This document shows, piece after piece, positions 1 to 10,083 of a stretch of DNA of 64,000 nt (position 1 is its first letter; each line of letters starts with the position of its first letter). The notes beneath the pieces are model-generated. The model saw only the letters and a program-made list of their open reading frames with translations, was not told where the DNA came from and ran no database searches. Both the position numbers and the translations under genes were made by a program. Origin of the DNA: an uncultured Erysipelotrichaceae bacterium (GTDB lineage: Bacteria; Bacillota_I; Bacilli_A; RF39; UBA660); contig CACYRE010000001.1 of assembly GCA_902776735.1 (NCBI GenBank), positions 48,395 through 112,394 on the forward strand, given 5' to 3'.

Positions 1-2018
1 AAATCTGGTTCTTCTATATTTGTATCATCTTGAGGAATTTCTTCTTCTGGTGAAGGTTCTGATTTTTCTGGAGTAGGTTCAGAAATCTCTCCTTTATCTA
101 CCATTTTCTTTTCTTCTTCAGATGGTATTCTACCAAATCTAGTTTCTATATAAGATTTAATTATTGTATTAGTGTCATAAGGAGTATCTACTGTAGGTAT
201 TTTAGTTAAATTAATTTTTTTATCTTTAACATCTGCAGAAGGTATAGAATATAAAGTCTCATAAGTGTCTGGATTAAATACTACCTCTATATCTCCAATA
301 TTGAATTGTTCATAAGCTTCATTTATTTTTTGAGATTCTTTAATTACTCCTACTACTTCATTATCAGGAGTTGGTTCTTTTACCCATTCTTTACCAAATA
401 TCATTGCTACTACTTCATCTGTATTAGCAAAAGATAATTCATATTTATCATCTTTATTAGTAACTTCTATATTATATGGAACTTCTACAGCGAAAGCGTA
501 CATTCTATTTTGAATAGCAGGTTTCATTTCTTTCTCAGCTTTTACTTCTTTTGATAATTCTATAAACATTTTAATGTTTTCAATTTCCATTTTTAAATCT
601 AAACGATTATTAATATAATTTTCTACGGTTTCTTTTTCTGTTTTAGCTTTAGCTACTTCAGCTTCTTTAGCTTTTTCTTCTTTAGCTTCTTGAAGAAATT
701 CAGATTCTAACCATTCATATATAGCTTTTTGAGGATTTGTAGTCTTTTTAGAATATTTAGTAGTACCATTTAAATTATTTACTTTAAATTCTACTAAGTT
801 ATTGTTTACTTTTTCTAGAATTAAATTCTTTCCTATAGCAGCATCTTTAATTCCTCTAGATTCAAATTCTTTTAATATTTCAGGTGTAGAAATATCTACT
901 AAAGCATAAGAACTATTTTCGTCTATCTTACTAGAAAGAGTTTTAATATGTCCCCAGTTTTCAGAATAGTTTTCTTTTAAAGCACTATCTACTAAAGTAA
1001 GCATAGCTTCTATATCTGGAGATTGAACATCTCCATCACCTACTTGGTCTAATACAGTTACATCTTGAATTAAATAATCAGGCTCTATTTCTACATCATT
1101 TATTCTAACTATTTCTTCCTCTTTTAAATCTCCAGAATTTAGTTTTTTAGCTCTTTCTTTCATTTCTTTTTCTGTACCAAATACTAGCCATGCTTTTGAT
1201 TTTTTACCAAATATTCCCCATTCTTTACCTTTATATTTAGATGCTTCATATTCATTTTCTGATTCATTAATTGAAGATTCATTTAAATATTCTTCTAATT
1301 TATTAGCTAATTCATTATTTGTTTCTGAATCTCTAATTTCATTTAAAATTCTTTGTAAAACTTCTTTATTTTCTTCTTTATTTTCTAGCATTGCTAAAGT
1401 TTCATTATAAATCTCTTCTTCATTACCTTGAATTTCATCAAAATAATTTCCCATGTCAGAACCATAAAAATCAATAATTTCATTAGCTAAATCAGAAGTT
1501 TCTAATTTTTTATTATGTTTATCTGCCATTTTATCTTGAGTCTTTTTAGAAACTGTAATCTTTTTTAAATGACCTGTTTTTGTATCTCTAATAGATTTAT
1601 TTCCATCTTTATCTACTTCTATTTTATCAGCTTCATTTAAATCTCCAAATGGATTTTCACAGCTAAGATAATAATTATATAATTCTTCAGCATTATCAAA
1701 ATCTTCAGTTTTTCTATTATTAAAATTACCATCATCATCTTGTTGAGCATCTTCAATAAAACTATCAAAGAAATTACATACAGCTTGAGGATTTATTTTA
1801 AATGAATTTTTATAATCATTTATAAAAAGACTTCCTAGTACTATTTCTTGTCTTAATTTCCATAATTGTTCTTTAGTTAAATTATTAGGGTCTATTTTTT
1901 CAGCTTCAGTTAATTTTTTCCTCTTTCTTTTAATGGCTTCTTTTGATTTTCTTTTAATCTCAAATTCTTTTTCTAGACTTTCATTTAAAGCATTAAAAAT
2001 ATTAATATTAGTCTTCAT
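1..2018 (-). CDS. hypothetical highly acidic protein; 3' end runs off window start
   Basis: Continuous minus-strand open frame from ATG at ~2016-2018 to position 1 (checked codons at both ends; absent from ORF track only because no stop in window). N-terminus MKTNINIFNALNESLEKE carries the LNE|S leader-like motif; D/E-rich. Confidence 0.5.
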   Translation of the reverse strand, partial: MKTNINIFNALNESLEKEFEIKRKSKEAIKRKRKKLTEAEKIDPNNLTKEQLWKLRQEIVLGSLFINDYKNSFKINPQAVCNFFDSFIEDAQQDDDGNFNNRKTEDFDNAEELYNYYLSCENPFGDLNEADKIEVDKDGNKSIRDTKTGHLKKITVSKKTQDKMADKHNKKLETSDLANEIIDFYGSDMGNYFDEIQGNEEEIYNETLAMLENKEENKEVLQRILNEIRDSETNNELANKLEEYLNESSINESENEYEASKYKGKEWGIFGKKSKAWLVFGTEKEMKERAKKLNSGDLKEEEIVRINDVEIEPDYLIQDVTVLDQVGDGDVQSPDIEAMLTLVDSALKENYSENWGHIKTLSSKIDENSSYALVDISTPEILKEFESRGIKDAAIGKNLILEKVNNNLVEFKVNNLNGTTKYSKKTTNPQKAIYEWLESEFLQEAKEEKAKEAEVAKAKTEKETVENYINNRLDLKMEIENIKMFIELSKEVKAEKEMKPAIQNRMYAFAVEVPYNIEVTNKDDKYELSFANTDEVVAMIFGKEWVKEPTPDNEVVGVIKESQKINEAYEQFNIGDIEVVFNPDTYETLYSIPSADVKDKKINLTKIPTVDTPYDTNTIIKSYIETRFGRIPSEEEKKMVDKGEISEPTPEKSEPSPEEEIPQDDTNIEEPD

Positions 2019-3606
2019 TCTCTAAGTCCTCCTCTCCATTTATATCTATATCTAAATCTATGTCTTCATCTGGTTCTATAGGAGTTTCTTCTGGTTCTTC
2101 ATTATTTTGAAGTTCTTCAGCAGCTTCAGGATTTATTTCGATTAAACAATTCATTAAATATTCTACTATAGCTTCATGGTCTGGAGTTAATTCTTCACCA
2201 TATCTAGGGTTTAGTTTATTAACTTCATCAAATGTATTAGGAAGTTTTACAAAGTCAAATCTTTGTTCTAATTCAGTTTTATGTTCATCTTCTTCTGTCT
2301 CTTCATTGTTTTCTAAATCTATTTCTTCAGCTTCTTCTAATTTATATGTAGGTCTTAATTTTTGTGCTTGTTTTATAGCACTATCTAAATCATCAAATTG
2401 AGATTGAGCTCCAGAAAATGATTTTTCATCTGAATAATATAAAGTTTGATATTTACCATTAGGTAATTTATTAATTTCTACTCTTTCATTAGAATTTTCA
2501 GGATTTCTTAAAACTTTTGCTAATTCAGCAGATTCATTTATATTACCTGATTTAAGTTTTTGTAATTCATTGGATAAGTTAATTAATTGGTCTTTTTTCC
2601 ATTCAGCATCTTTAATTAAATCTGAAATACTAGATGGAACTCCTCTTTGACCTCTCATTTCAATATAAGGTTCAACTTCTTCGTCAACATCAAAATTTTC
2701 AGCATAAGAAGAAATTTCATCTATTAATTTATTAACATCATTATTTACAATAATATCAACAAACCAGTCTTCTCCTTCTGGTGTATATTGTTGAATTTCC
2801 CAGCCAGTTTCATTTCCAGAAAAATTAACATCTTCATCTTGAATTGTAAAACCACAGTTTTCAATAATTTTCTTAGCTTTTTCTAAATCATTTGAATTAT
2901 CTTCAGCTTCATTTATATTATCAGTATCTATATTATCAGTATCTATATTATCAATTATAGGTTCTTCTTCAGGAATTTCTTCTGAATTAACCTCTTCAGG
3001 TTTAGTATCTACAAGCATTAGAACATCGTCTGAGTCTTCAGCTACTTTACCTATAATATAAATACTATTATTTAAATCTTCTTTATCTGTAATTTGATAT
3101 AAGTTTAAGTCTAAGTCTACTAAAATATCTCTAAGTTCATTTAATTCTTTATCTAATTCAGATTCTTCTTCTATAGGATTTTCTTCTTGGTCTTCTTCAC
3201 TATCTACCGTATCTTCTAATTCTTCTTGATTTTCCAAATCCTCTTCAGCTTTATCTTTTAAATCTTCAATATCATCATCTGCTTCTGTTAATTTAGCAGA
3301 TTCATTTCTTGGAGCGATAGGTTTTACATCCATTGTTAAATCTGCATGGTCTGAATTATCCCAATTTTCTTTAAATTTATTATAAATTTCTATTGCTTCA
3401 TCATCACTTGTTGCACTAAATCTTTTTACATCATTTGCATCTACAGTAATAATATAATTGTTTCCCTTAGAATCAGTTCCAAAATTAAATTTCATTAAAG
3501 ACATAAATCCGTCTCTTGCAATTTCAGTAGCATCCCAGTATTCTTCAGTAGAACCTTCTTTTAATTTTTTATTTTCAGATTCTACTAATTTTAATTTCTT
3601 ATACAT
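2008..3606 (-). CDS. hypothetical very acidic protein (D/E-rich, 532 aa)
   Basis: Long ORF, ATG at 3604-3606 preceded by GGAGA SD; extreme acidic composition; N-term contains KLVESE (LxE). Confidence 0.6.
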   Translation of the reverse strand: MYKKLKLVESENKKLKEGSTEEYWDATEIARDGFMSLMKFNFGTDSKGNNYIITVDANDVKRFSATSDDEAIEIYNKFKENWDNSDHADLTMDVKPIAPRNESAKLTEADDDIEDLKDKAEEDLENQEELEDTVDSEEDQEENPIEEESELDKELNELRDILVDLDLNLYQITDKEDLNNSIYIIGKVAEDSDDVLMLVDTKPEEVNSEEIPEEEPIIDNIDTDNIDTDNINEAEDNSNDLEKAKKIIENCGFTIQDEDVNFSGNETGWEIQQYTPEGEDWFVDIIVNNDVNKLIDEISSYAENFDVDEEVEPYIEMRGQRGVPSSISDLIKDAEWKKDQLINLSNELQKLKSGNINESAELAKVLRNPENSNERVEINKLPNGKYQTLYYSDEKSFSGAQSQFDDLDSAIKQAQKLRPTYKLEEAEEIDLENNEETEEDEHKTELEQRFDFVKLPNTFDEVNKLNPRYGEELTPDHEAIVEYLMNCLIEINPEAAEELQNNEEPEETPIEPDEDIDLDIDINGEEDLENED

Positions 3607-3620
3607 TAGTAATCTCCTTT

Positions 3621-4004
3621 CTAAAAATCTTTATGAGTATATATAGTTCTATAAAACATTTCAATTACTTTTAATCTATCTCTTTCATTATAAAGAGGTT
3701 TAGATTCTTCTTCTATCATATCAATAGCAGCTTTTATTCTATCTTTTTGTTGTTTTTCTAAAACTGTATTATTAGATAAAAGTTTTATAGCTTTTTTACA
3801 TTGACTTATAAAATATTGAGTTTCTGTAATTAATCTTAATAAATTAGAATATTCATATACTATTCTATTATACTGATTAGATATATAGATAGTATCCATT
3901 TGTTGTTTATAATCTGCAAATTCTATTTCTGGAACACTATCTAAATATCCATCTATTTTCTTTATTAAAGTATTTAATGTATTATTTAAAGATGATAAAT
4001 CCAT
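3621..4004 (-). CDS. hypothetical protein
   Basis: ORF in co-directional array, RBS GGAGGTAT upstream of ATG. Confidence 0.5.
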   Translation of the reverse strand: MDLSSLNNTLNTLIKKIDGYLDSVPEIEFADYKQQMDTIYISNQYNRIVYEYSNLLRLITETQYFISQCKKAIKLLSNNTVLEKQQKDRIKAAIDMIEEESKPLYNERDRLKVIEMFYRTIYTHKDF

Positions 4005-4051
4005 TTTTAATATACCTCCATAATTTACTATAAATATTAATATGTATTATT

Positions 4052-5659
4052 TTAATCTTCATAGAATAAATCTGGTGAATTATGATTTTGTATCCATTCT
4101 TCTACTATATTTCTCATATTATCATAAGTTTCTTCATTAGGTATGTCTAATTTAACATCTCTAGTTAATTCTTCTCCATCATTACCTATTGCATATATAT
4201 CAAACTTTATTATATTGTTATCTTCAAAACTTATATTTCCTACTGTAAAATCACTTCCATCAAAAGCATCTTGAATAGCTTTAACTAGATTATTACCAGA
4301 ATCAGTATTAGTATCTTCTTTTAAGTCAGTATTTTCAGATTCACTGGTGTCTTCTAATGGTTGGTCTGGATTAAATTCTTCCCCATCTTTAATAACTTCA
4401 CATCTATCTAAATAATCTTTATCAGCTTCTTCTTTGCTTTCATAAATTTCTGCATTTTCTATTTCACCTTCAGAAAGATTATAATTTTCACCTACTATAT
4501 ATCTAGTTCCTTCAGATTTATCTTCTAGCATATAAATATTACCTTGTTCTTTTACTACTTGTAAATCTTTAACTTCTGTTTGAGCAGCTTCTACTACAAG
4601 TTTCTTTTTCGTTTTTTCTGACTCAGATAACTTATTATAATCATTTATAATATCTTTATCTTTCATCCAAGTATTTCTTATTAAATCTTCTTTATCTTTA
4701 TCTGATAATGAATTATAATAACTTGGGTCATCTATTGCTCCATTATCTAATAATCCTTTTACATAATTATAAAAATCGTCATCATTTACAGGTTTCTTTT
4801 CTATTGGTTTATTTGGTCCGCCTGCTTCTTCTAAAGATTTTTCTGATTCACTATAAAACTCATTTCCGCTAGCTAATCTTTTTCCTCTTTCTATTTGATA
4901 GTTACAAGTTTCTATCCAATCATTAACCATTTGTACTGATAATTTAGCTCCAAAAGAATTAGTATCTATAGCTTCTAAAGCAGCTTTTATTGTTTCCACA
5001 TCAGAAACAAAATCTTCTGGGTCTCCACCTAATTTTTCAGAATATTCTTCTTTTAAAGATTTAGCAGATTCTGATAGATTTCCTCCAGCTTTTACTTTTT
5101 CAAAAGCTTCTTTTCCAGATGCTTCATCGTAATAATAATATCCATAATCCCAAGAAATTTCATCATTTTCTACAGTATATCCAAAAGCTACTACATATTC
5201 ATCACCCATTTTTTGAAGTTTAACTAAAGCAACAGGTTGGCCTCTTCTTTCTGTTTTGTCTAGTATTTCAGCTTTTTCTCCTAGTTTAAATCCTTCTTTT
5301 AAAGATTTAGCAGATTCATCTAAAGTATTCCATTTTTTAAGTTGGTCCATCATAACTACTTGTTTACTAGGTACTTCAACAGTTACATATTTTCCATCTT
5401 CTATTTCTATAATAGGGGCTTCTGTAAATTCTCCTGGTGTATATGAACCATATTTATATGGTACTTTTACTACATCTCCTACTTTAAAATCTTGATTATT
5501 CTCTTCTTTTAAAGGTTTATCACATTCTTGTAATTCAGATTCTAATTTTTCTACTTTAATCTTAGTACCTTCCATAAAAACTCTTTTTTTAATTTTAAAA
5601 GTTTTAGTTTCACTTTCATTAAGTTCTTTTGCTAAATTAAAACTAAGTTTATTTAACAT
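4052..5659 (-). CDS. hypothetical protein with shared 30-aa N-terminal leader (family 2)
   Basis: N-terminus MLNKLSFNLAKELNESETKTFKIKKRVFME nearly identical to adjacent gene 5675..6430; ~95 bp DNA repeat at both 5' ends. Confidence 0.65.
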   Translation of the reverse strand: MLNKLSFNLAKELNESETKTFKIKKRVFMEGTKIKVEKLESELQECDKPLKEENNQDFKVGDVVKVPYKYGSYTPGEFTEAPIIEIEDGKYVTVEVPSKQVVMMDQLKKWNTLDESAKSLKEGFKLGEKAEILDKTERRGQPVALVKLQKMGDEYVVAFGYTVENDEISWDYGYYYYDEASGKEAFEKVKAGGNLSESAKSLKEEYSEKLGGDPEDFVSDVETIKAALEAIDTNSFGAKLSVQMVNDWIETCNYQIERGKRLASGNEFYSESEKSLEEAGGPNKPIEKKPVNDDDFYNYVKGLLDNGAIDDPSYYNSLSDKDKEDLIRNTWMKDKDIINDYNKLSESEKTKKKLVVEAAQTEVKDLQVVKEQGNIYMLEDKSEGTRYIVGENYNLSEGEIENAEIYESKEEADKDYLDRCEVIKDGEEFNPDQPLEDTSESENTDLKEDTNTDSGNNLVKAIQDAFDGSDFTVGNISFEDNNIIKFDIYAIGNDGEELTRDVKLDIPNEETYDNMRNIVEEWIQNHNSPDLFYED

Positions 5660-5674
5660 AATATAAACTCCTTT

Positions 5675-6430
5675 CTATAAAGTATTTTTAATCGGAATAA
5701 TTAAATCTAAATGGTCTTGTAAATCTTGTGTATCTATTCCTCCATATTGTAAATCATTTTGAAATTCTGTTTCAGCGTCAGATTCCCAATCGAATTCAGG
5801 GTCATTTTCTTCAGCCCATTTTTTAGATTCTTCATAATATCCTAAAGCTTCTATTATTTTCTTTTCATCATCTATTAAAGTAAATAAACCAACTTCAATA
5901 CTACCATCATGGTCTGCAGCATCTAATACAAGATTTCCATTTTCAACTGAGATTTCAACTATATCCCATCTACTAATATATTCTTCAAATTCTGATATAT
6001 TTGAAAAAGTAACACCACCATTGCCAGATGGTTTAAAATCAGAATAATTAGAATTATATCCACCCATTAAATATAATCTACCAAAATTCATTTGATTTTC
6101 AATCATTGGTTCTATATTTTCTTTAAAATCATCCCAAATAAGTTCTGAATCGTCATAAAAATCAGAATTTAGCCATTCATCATAACTAGGGATTTCATCC
6201 TCATCATATCCATCAAAATTAGCTTTAATATAATCATTATAAGCTTCTTCACTAGTATCTACTTCAGAAGACCAAATTGTCTGTCTATTTTCATTTTTTA
6301 TATGAAATTCATTTAGTCTTTCTTTTCTAACTCCTGTGCTTTCCATAAAAACTCTTTTTTTAATTTTAAAAGTTTTAGCTTCACTTTCATTAAGTTCTTT
6401 TGCTAAATTAAAACTTAATTTGTTTAACAT
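5675..6430 (-). CDS. hypothetical protein with shared 30-aa N-terminal leader (family 2)
   Basis: N-terminus MLNKLSFNLAKELNESEAKTFKIKKRVFME; paralogous leader to 4052..5659, unrelated C-terminal body. Confidence 0.65.
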   Translation of the reverse strand: MLNKLSFNLAKELNESEAKTFKIKKRVFMESTGVRKERLNEFHIKNENRQTIWSSEVDTSEEAYNDYIKANFDGYDEDEIPSYDEWLNSDFYDDSELIWDDFKENIEPMIENQMNFGRLYLMGGYNSNYSDFKPSGNGGVTFSNISEFEEYISRWDIVEISVENGNLVLDAADHDGSIEVGLFTLIDDEKKIIEALGYYEESKKWAEENDPEFDWESDAETEFQNDLQYGGIDTQDLQDHLDLIIPIKNTL

Positions 6431-6443
6431 AATGTTCTCCTTT

Positions 6444-6719
6444 CTATATTTTTTCTAATATCATTCCTACAGCTGTTTTTTCTTCACCTTGTATAGATAA
6501 AATATCAAAATAAGGTCTGATTATAATATCAAACCCTGAAGGTGTAGCTAAACCTCTTGCAGAAATTACAGCTTTTACAGCTTGATTTACTGCAGGTACA
6601 CCAATACATTTTAGTTCTAATTTATCTACGTTTTTTATATTAGCATAAATTGCTGACGCTAATTTTTTAATATCAGTATCTTTTCCAACTCTAAATTCTG
6701 GTATGTTCTTTGCTTCCAT
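6444..6719 (-). CDS. spoVS: SpoVS-like protein (stage V sporulation protein S homologue)
   Basis: 91 aa; strongly resembles SpoVS core (CIGVPAVNQAVKAVISARGLATPSGFDIIIRPYFDILSIQGEEKTAVGMILE vs SpoVS GAGALNQAVKAVAIARGFVAPSGVDLICIPAF..GEERTAIKLIVE, recalled from memory); RBS AGGAGGTAAAT-ATG. Confidence 0.75.
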   Translation of the reverse strand: MEAKNIPEFRVGKDTDIKKLASAIYANIKNVDKLELKCIGVPAVNQAVKAVISARGLATPSGFDIIIRPYFDILSIQGEEKTAVGMILEKI

Positions 6720-6806
6720 ATTTACCTCCTAATCTACTATTTTTTAGCTCCTAATATAATAAATAATTAGAATGTAAAAAGGTACCAGAATTAAATCTAG
6801 GACCTT

Positions 6807-7196
6807 CTATTTAATATTTTTTAATTTGGCTTTAAACTCTACAATCTTATTTATATCATCATTATCAAAATCCTTGTATTTATCATATAATGATTTTAGT
6901 TCTTTAATTGGATAAGTACTAGTTTTATATTTTGAATCATGATAAATTTTATTTAAATATTTACATCTATTTCTATATAGTCTATAATAGTTACTATGGT
7001 TATTAGTATATTGTTCTTTACATTTTAAAGAACAATATACTTGATTACCATGTTTTTTAATAAATGATTTTTGACATTGTGGACAAACACAGACTAAACT
7101 AGCACTATAAATAATCTTATCTATCATTTTATCTACATATATTTCAATATTTTTTATTAATATTTCTTTTAATTCTTTTTTTAAATCTTCTTCCAT
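6807..7196 (-). CDS. Cys-rich zinc-finger protein (CxxC...HGN...Cx3C...H)
   Basis: CVCPQCQKSF..HGNQVYCSLKC..H pattern; possibly degenerate HNH-like, not assignable. Confidence 0.45.
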   Translation of the reverse strand: MEEDLKKELKEILIKNIEIYVDKMIDKIIYSASLVCVCPQCQKSFIKKHGNQVYCSLKCKEQYTNNHSNYYRLYRNRCKYLNKIYHDSKYKTSTYPIKELKSLYDKYKDFDNDDINKIVEFKAKLKNIK

Positions 7197-7198
7197 AA

Positions 7199-7870
7199 TT
7201 AATATCTCCTATTTAAATCTAATATAAAGTTAAATACTCTAAGTTCTGTATTATATATTGGTGATTCCATAAAATTAAATAGAGCAGGCTTTATAGAATC
7301 ATATTTAACTTTCTTAAAATCTTCTATTAATTTCTTATACCATTTAGAAATATTATTGCTAGAAAGTACTACTCTATTTAAAAAAGTTAGTAAACTCATT
7401 TCTATATATTCAGCACCTACTTTATCCAGTAATTGTAAATAAGTTTTAGATATAGTAACTGTATCAGTATTAAAACTTCTAAGAAATTCTAAGAAAGCTC
7501 CAGTATTATCATATTCTTTCATTTGCCATTTACCAGTAATCCACATATATTCTATTTGGTCTCTAAAAGTAAAATCGTCTAAATCTTGATAAAATTCTAA
7601 TAAGTATTTAGGAACTTTTCTTTTCCACTTAGAAAATACTATGTCTAATAAAGTTAATCTATCTGTTAAATCTATTTCACCTGCTGCAGATACTGATATA
7701 TAATTCACTCCTAAATTCTTAATTTTATTTAAATATTTAGTTTCACCAGTCCATATAATATTTCTATCTGATAATAATATAGGTTTATCTAAAACTATAT
7801 AATCTGGATATAAGAATTGTAATAAACCTATATCATCTATTTTTACACTATGATTTATAATACTAATCAT
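7199..7870 (-). CDS. hypothetical protein
   Basis: ORF tightly packed (3-nt gap to downstream gene). Confidence 0.5.
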   Translation of the reverse strand: MISIINHSVKIDDIGLLQFLYPDYIVLDKPILLSDRNIIWTGETKYLNKIKNLGVNYISVSAAGEIDLTDRLTLLDIVFSKWKRKVPKYLLEFYQDLDDFTFRDQIEYMWITGKWQMKEYDNTGAFLEFLRSFNTDTVTISKTYLQLLDKVGAEYIEMSLLTFLNRVVLSSNNISKWYKKLIEDFKKVKYDSIKPALFNFMESPIYNTELRVFNFILDLNRRY

Positions 7871-7873
7871 TTT

Positions 7874-10048
7874 CTACCTCTTTATATTATTTCTTTTACA
7901 ATAAACAATTATTGTACTTTTATCTCTATTTAATTTTTTAGCTATTTTTCCATAAGATATGTTTTTAATATTATTTTTTATAAATTCTTTTTCTTCTTCT
8001 GTTAAATAATTAATATTCTTTTTATATTCTATATAATTTAATCTACAATAGTTTCTTATTGTAGCTTCTGCTCTATTTAATTTTTCTATCATTTCTTTAA
8101 GTGTCATATTTTTAGCATTTTTCTTTATAAAATCTCTTTCTTCTTCTGATAAAAGTGAATAACCCCTTTTTCTTGTATGTTTATATTCTATATTATTTTT
8201 ATTATAATATTCTCTAATTGTAGCTTCAGCTCTATTTAATTTATCCATCATTTCTTTAATAGTCATATTTTTAGCATTTTCTTCTATAAAATCTTTTTCT
8301 TCTTCTGATAAATAATGAGAGATTTTTATATATTCTATATTATTTCTATCACAATAAGCATTTATTACAGACATACTTCTATTTAGTTTTTTTGCTAATT
8401 CTTTAGATGTCATAGTTATAGCATTTTTCTTTATAAAGTCTTTTTCTTCTTCTGTAAAAGGATTATAATCTTTTTTATGTTCTATATTATTTCTATAATA
8501 ATAACCACTTATTGTTGGTGTACATCTATTTAGCTTTTTTGCTATTTCTTTAATAGTCATATTTTTAGCATTTTCTTCTATAAATTTTTTTTCCTTTTCA
8601 GATAAAAAATAAAATTCTTTTTTATATTCTATATTATTTCTATCACAATAATCTCTAATTGTAGCTTCTGGTCTATTTAATTTTATTGTTAATTCTTTAA
8701 TAATCATATTTTTAGCATTTTCTTCTATAAATTTTTTTTCTTCCTCTGATAAAAGATAAATTTCTTTTTTATATTTTATATTATTTCTTTTATAATATTG
8801 TCTTATAGTATAAGGTTTTTTATTTAGTTTTTTTGCTATTTCTTTAGTTGTCATAGTCATAGCATTTTCTTCTATAAATTTTTTTTCTTCTTCTGATAAA
8901 TAAATAATTGTATGAGTGTTTTCTTTAATTAAATTTATTAAATTTTCTTGTTTTGTATAGATTTTTAATTTTTCTTTCTTCTTTCCTATTTTAATATCAG
9001 AAACTTTTATATTTCTTTTTTTAGCAAAATTTTCCCAAATAGATATATAACCACTATCTAAATTATATGCATTATTAACTAAATCAAATACTATAGCATC
9101 TTCTCTATGTTCTGAAATTATTCTACCTAATTGTTGTTGATATATAATATTACTTCTAGTTTTTCTTAAGAATACTGCTACATCTATATTAGATAAATGT
9201 ATACCTTCAATAAACATATTTACTGAATATAATATATTTATTCCTTTTTTAGAATTATAAAAATCATTTAATATTTGATTATTAAGTTTATTAGATTTTT
9301 TAGAATGTATATCAAAATTATTAACATCTCTATCTATCCATAATTTTATAAAATTTTTTGCTTGTTCTATATCATTAATTCTAGATACAAATACTATAAT
9401 ATGAAGAGGTTTACTATAATCTATAAATTCTTCAAATATATTTTTTACTTTAGTATTTATATCATAATTAGATAATTTCTTTTGCAAAGCTTTATTTTTA
9501 TAATATCTATAATCTATTTCATAAATAGAAGAAACATATTTTATTTGAGGTAATATTCCTCGTTCTATAGATTCAGCTAAATATAAAGGTTCTATTTCTT
9601 CATTATTAAATATTAATTCTATAGGATTCTTACCATCCATTCTTTCAGGAGTAGCACTAAATCCTATCATTTTACCTTTATAATCTTCTAAGTCTTTCTT
9701 TAATATATTACCCCATTTTTCTGTAACTGACCTATGCATTTCGTCTAAAAATATATAGTCATAATCTAATAAAGACTTATGATTAAAATTTTGTTTTAGT
9801 AAATTACTATATATTATAAAATCTGTATTATTATAATTTCCAAATTCTTTAATATATTCAACAATATTATCTCTAGGTTCTATAATAAGTTTCTTTCCTA
9901 GAAGCTCATCACATAATTCCATTATAATATGAGATTTACCAAAACCTACTGGTCTTACTACACCAAATTTATCACAAGTCTTTAATTTTTCTAATATTAA
10001 ATTTTTAGTCTTTATTCTTTCTATAGATAGTAAACTTTTATCAAACAT
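7874..10048 (-). CDS. SF2 helicase-like ATPase fused to eight tandem helix-turn-helix repeats
   Basis: Walker A VGFGKSH, DExH-like FLDEMHR, SATP motif, QQLGRIIS; C-terminal 8 x ~46-aa repeats LSEEEKxFIEENAKNMTIKEIAKKLNRxxxTIRxYxxRNNIEYKK (HTH-like); promoter TTTACA-N17-TATAAT upstream. Confidence 0.7.
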   Translation of the reverse strand: MFDKSLLSIERIKTKNLILEKLKTCDKFGVVRPVGFGKSHIIMELCDELLGKKLIIEPRDNIVEYIKEFGNYNNTDFIIYSNLLKQNFNHKSLLDYDYIFLDEMHRSVTEKWGNILKKDLEDYKGKMIGFSATPERMDGKNPIELIFNNEEIEPLYLAESIERGILPQIKYVSSIYEIDYRYYKNKALQKKLSNYDINTKVKNIFEEFIDYSKPLHIIVFVSRINDIEQAKNFIKLWIDRDVNNFDIHSKKSNKLNNQILNDFYNSKKGINILYSVNMFIEGIHLSNIDVAVFLRKTRSNIIYQQQLGRIISEHREDAIVFDLVNNAYNLDSGYISIWENFAKKRNIKVSDIKIGKKKEKLKIYTKQENLINLIKENTHTIIYLSEEEKKFIEENAMTMTTKEIAKKLNKKPYTIRQYYKRNNIKYKKEIYLLSEEEKKFIEENAKNMIIKELTIKLNRPEATIRDYCDRNNIEYKKEFYFLSEKEKKFIEENAKNMTIKEIAKKLNRCTPTISGYYYRNNIEHKKDYNPFTEEEKDFIKKNAITMTSKELAKKLNRSMSVINAYCDRNNIEYIKISHYLSEEEKDFIEENAKNMTIKEMMDKLNRAEATIREYYNKNNIEYKHTRKRGYSLLSEEERDFIKKNAKNMTLKEMIEKLNRAEATIRNYCRLNYIEYKKNINYLTEEEKEFIKNNIKNISYGKIAKKLNRDKSTIIVYCKRNNIKR
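7900..9000 (-). repeat. eight imperfect tandem ~138-bp repeats encoding the HTH repeat array
   Basis: Protein-level 46-aa repeats within CDS 7874..10048. Confidence 0.6.
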
Positions 10049-10083
10049 AGTTAATATCTCCTGATAATAAAAATTCTATCTAT

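Noticed and set aside
3458-3646. plus-strand ORF (62 aa)
   Set aside because: Entirely embedded antisense in well-supported minus-strand genes; low-complexity; no RBS.
5256-5495. plus-strand ORF (79 aa)
   Set aside because: Antisense inside 4052..5659; Ser/Leu-rich typical of AT-rich antisense frames.
6807-7196. possible HNH homing endonuclease
   Set aside because: Only a generic CxxC...HGN...Cx3C...H arrangement; the spacing does not fit the HNH beta-beta-alpha-Me core confidently.
7900-9000. possible CRISPR-like periodicity from the ~138-bp repeats
   Set aside because: The repeats are in-frame coding repeats of an HTH array, imperfect, with no spacer/repeat alternation and no cas genes.
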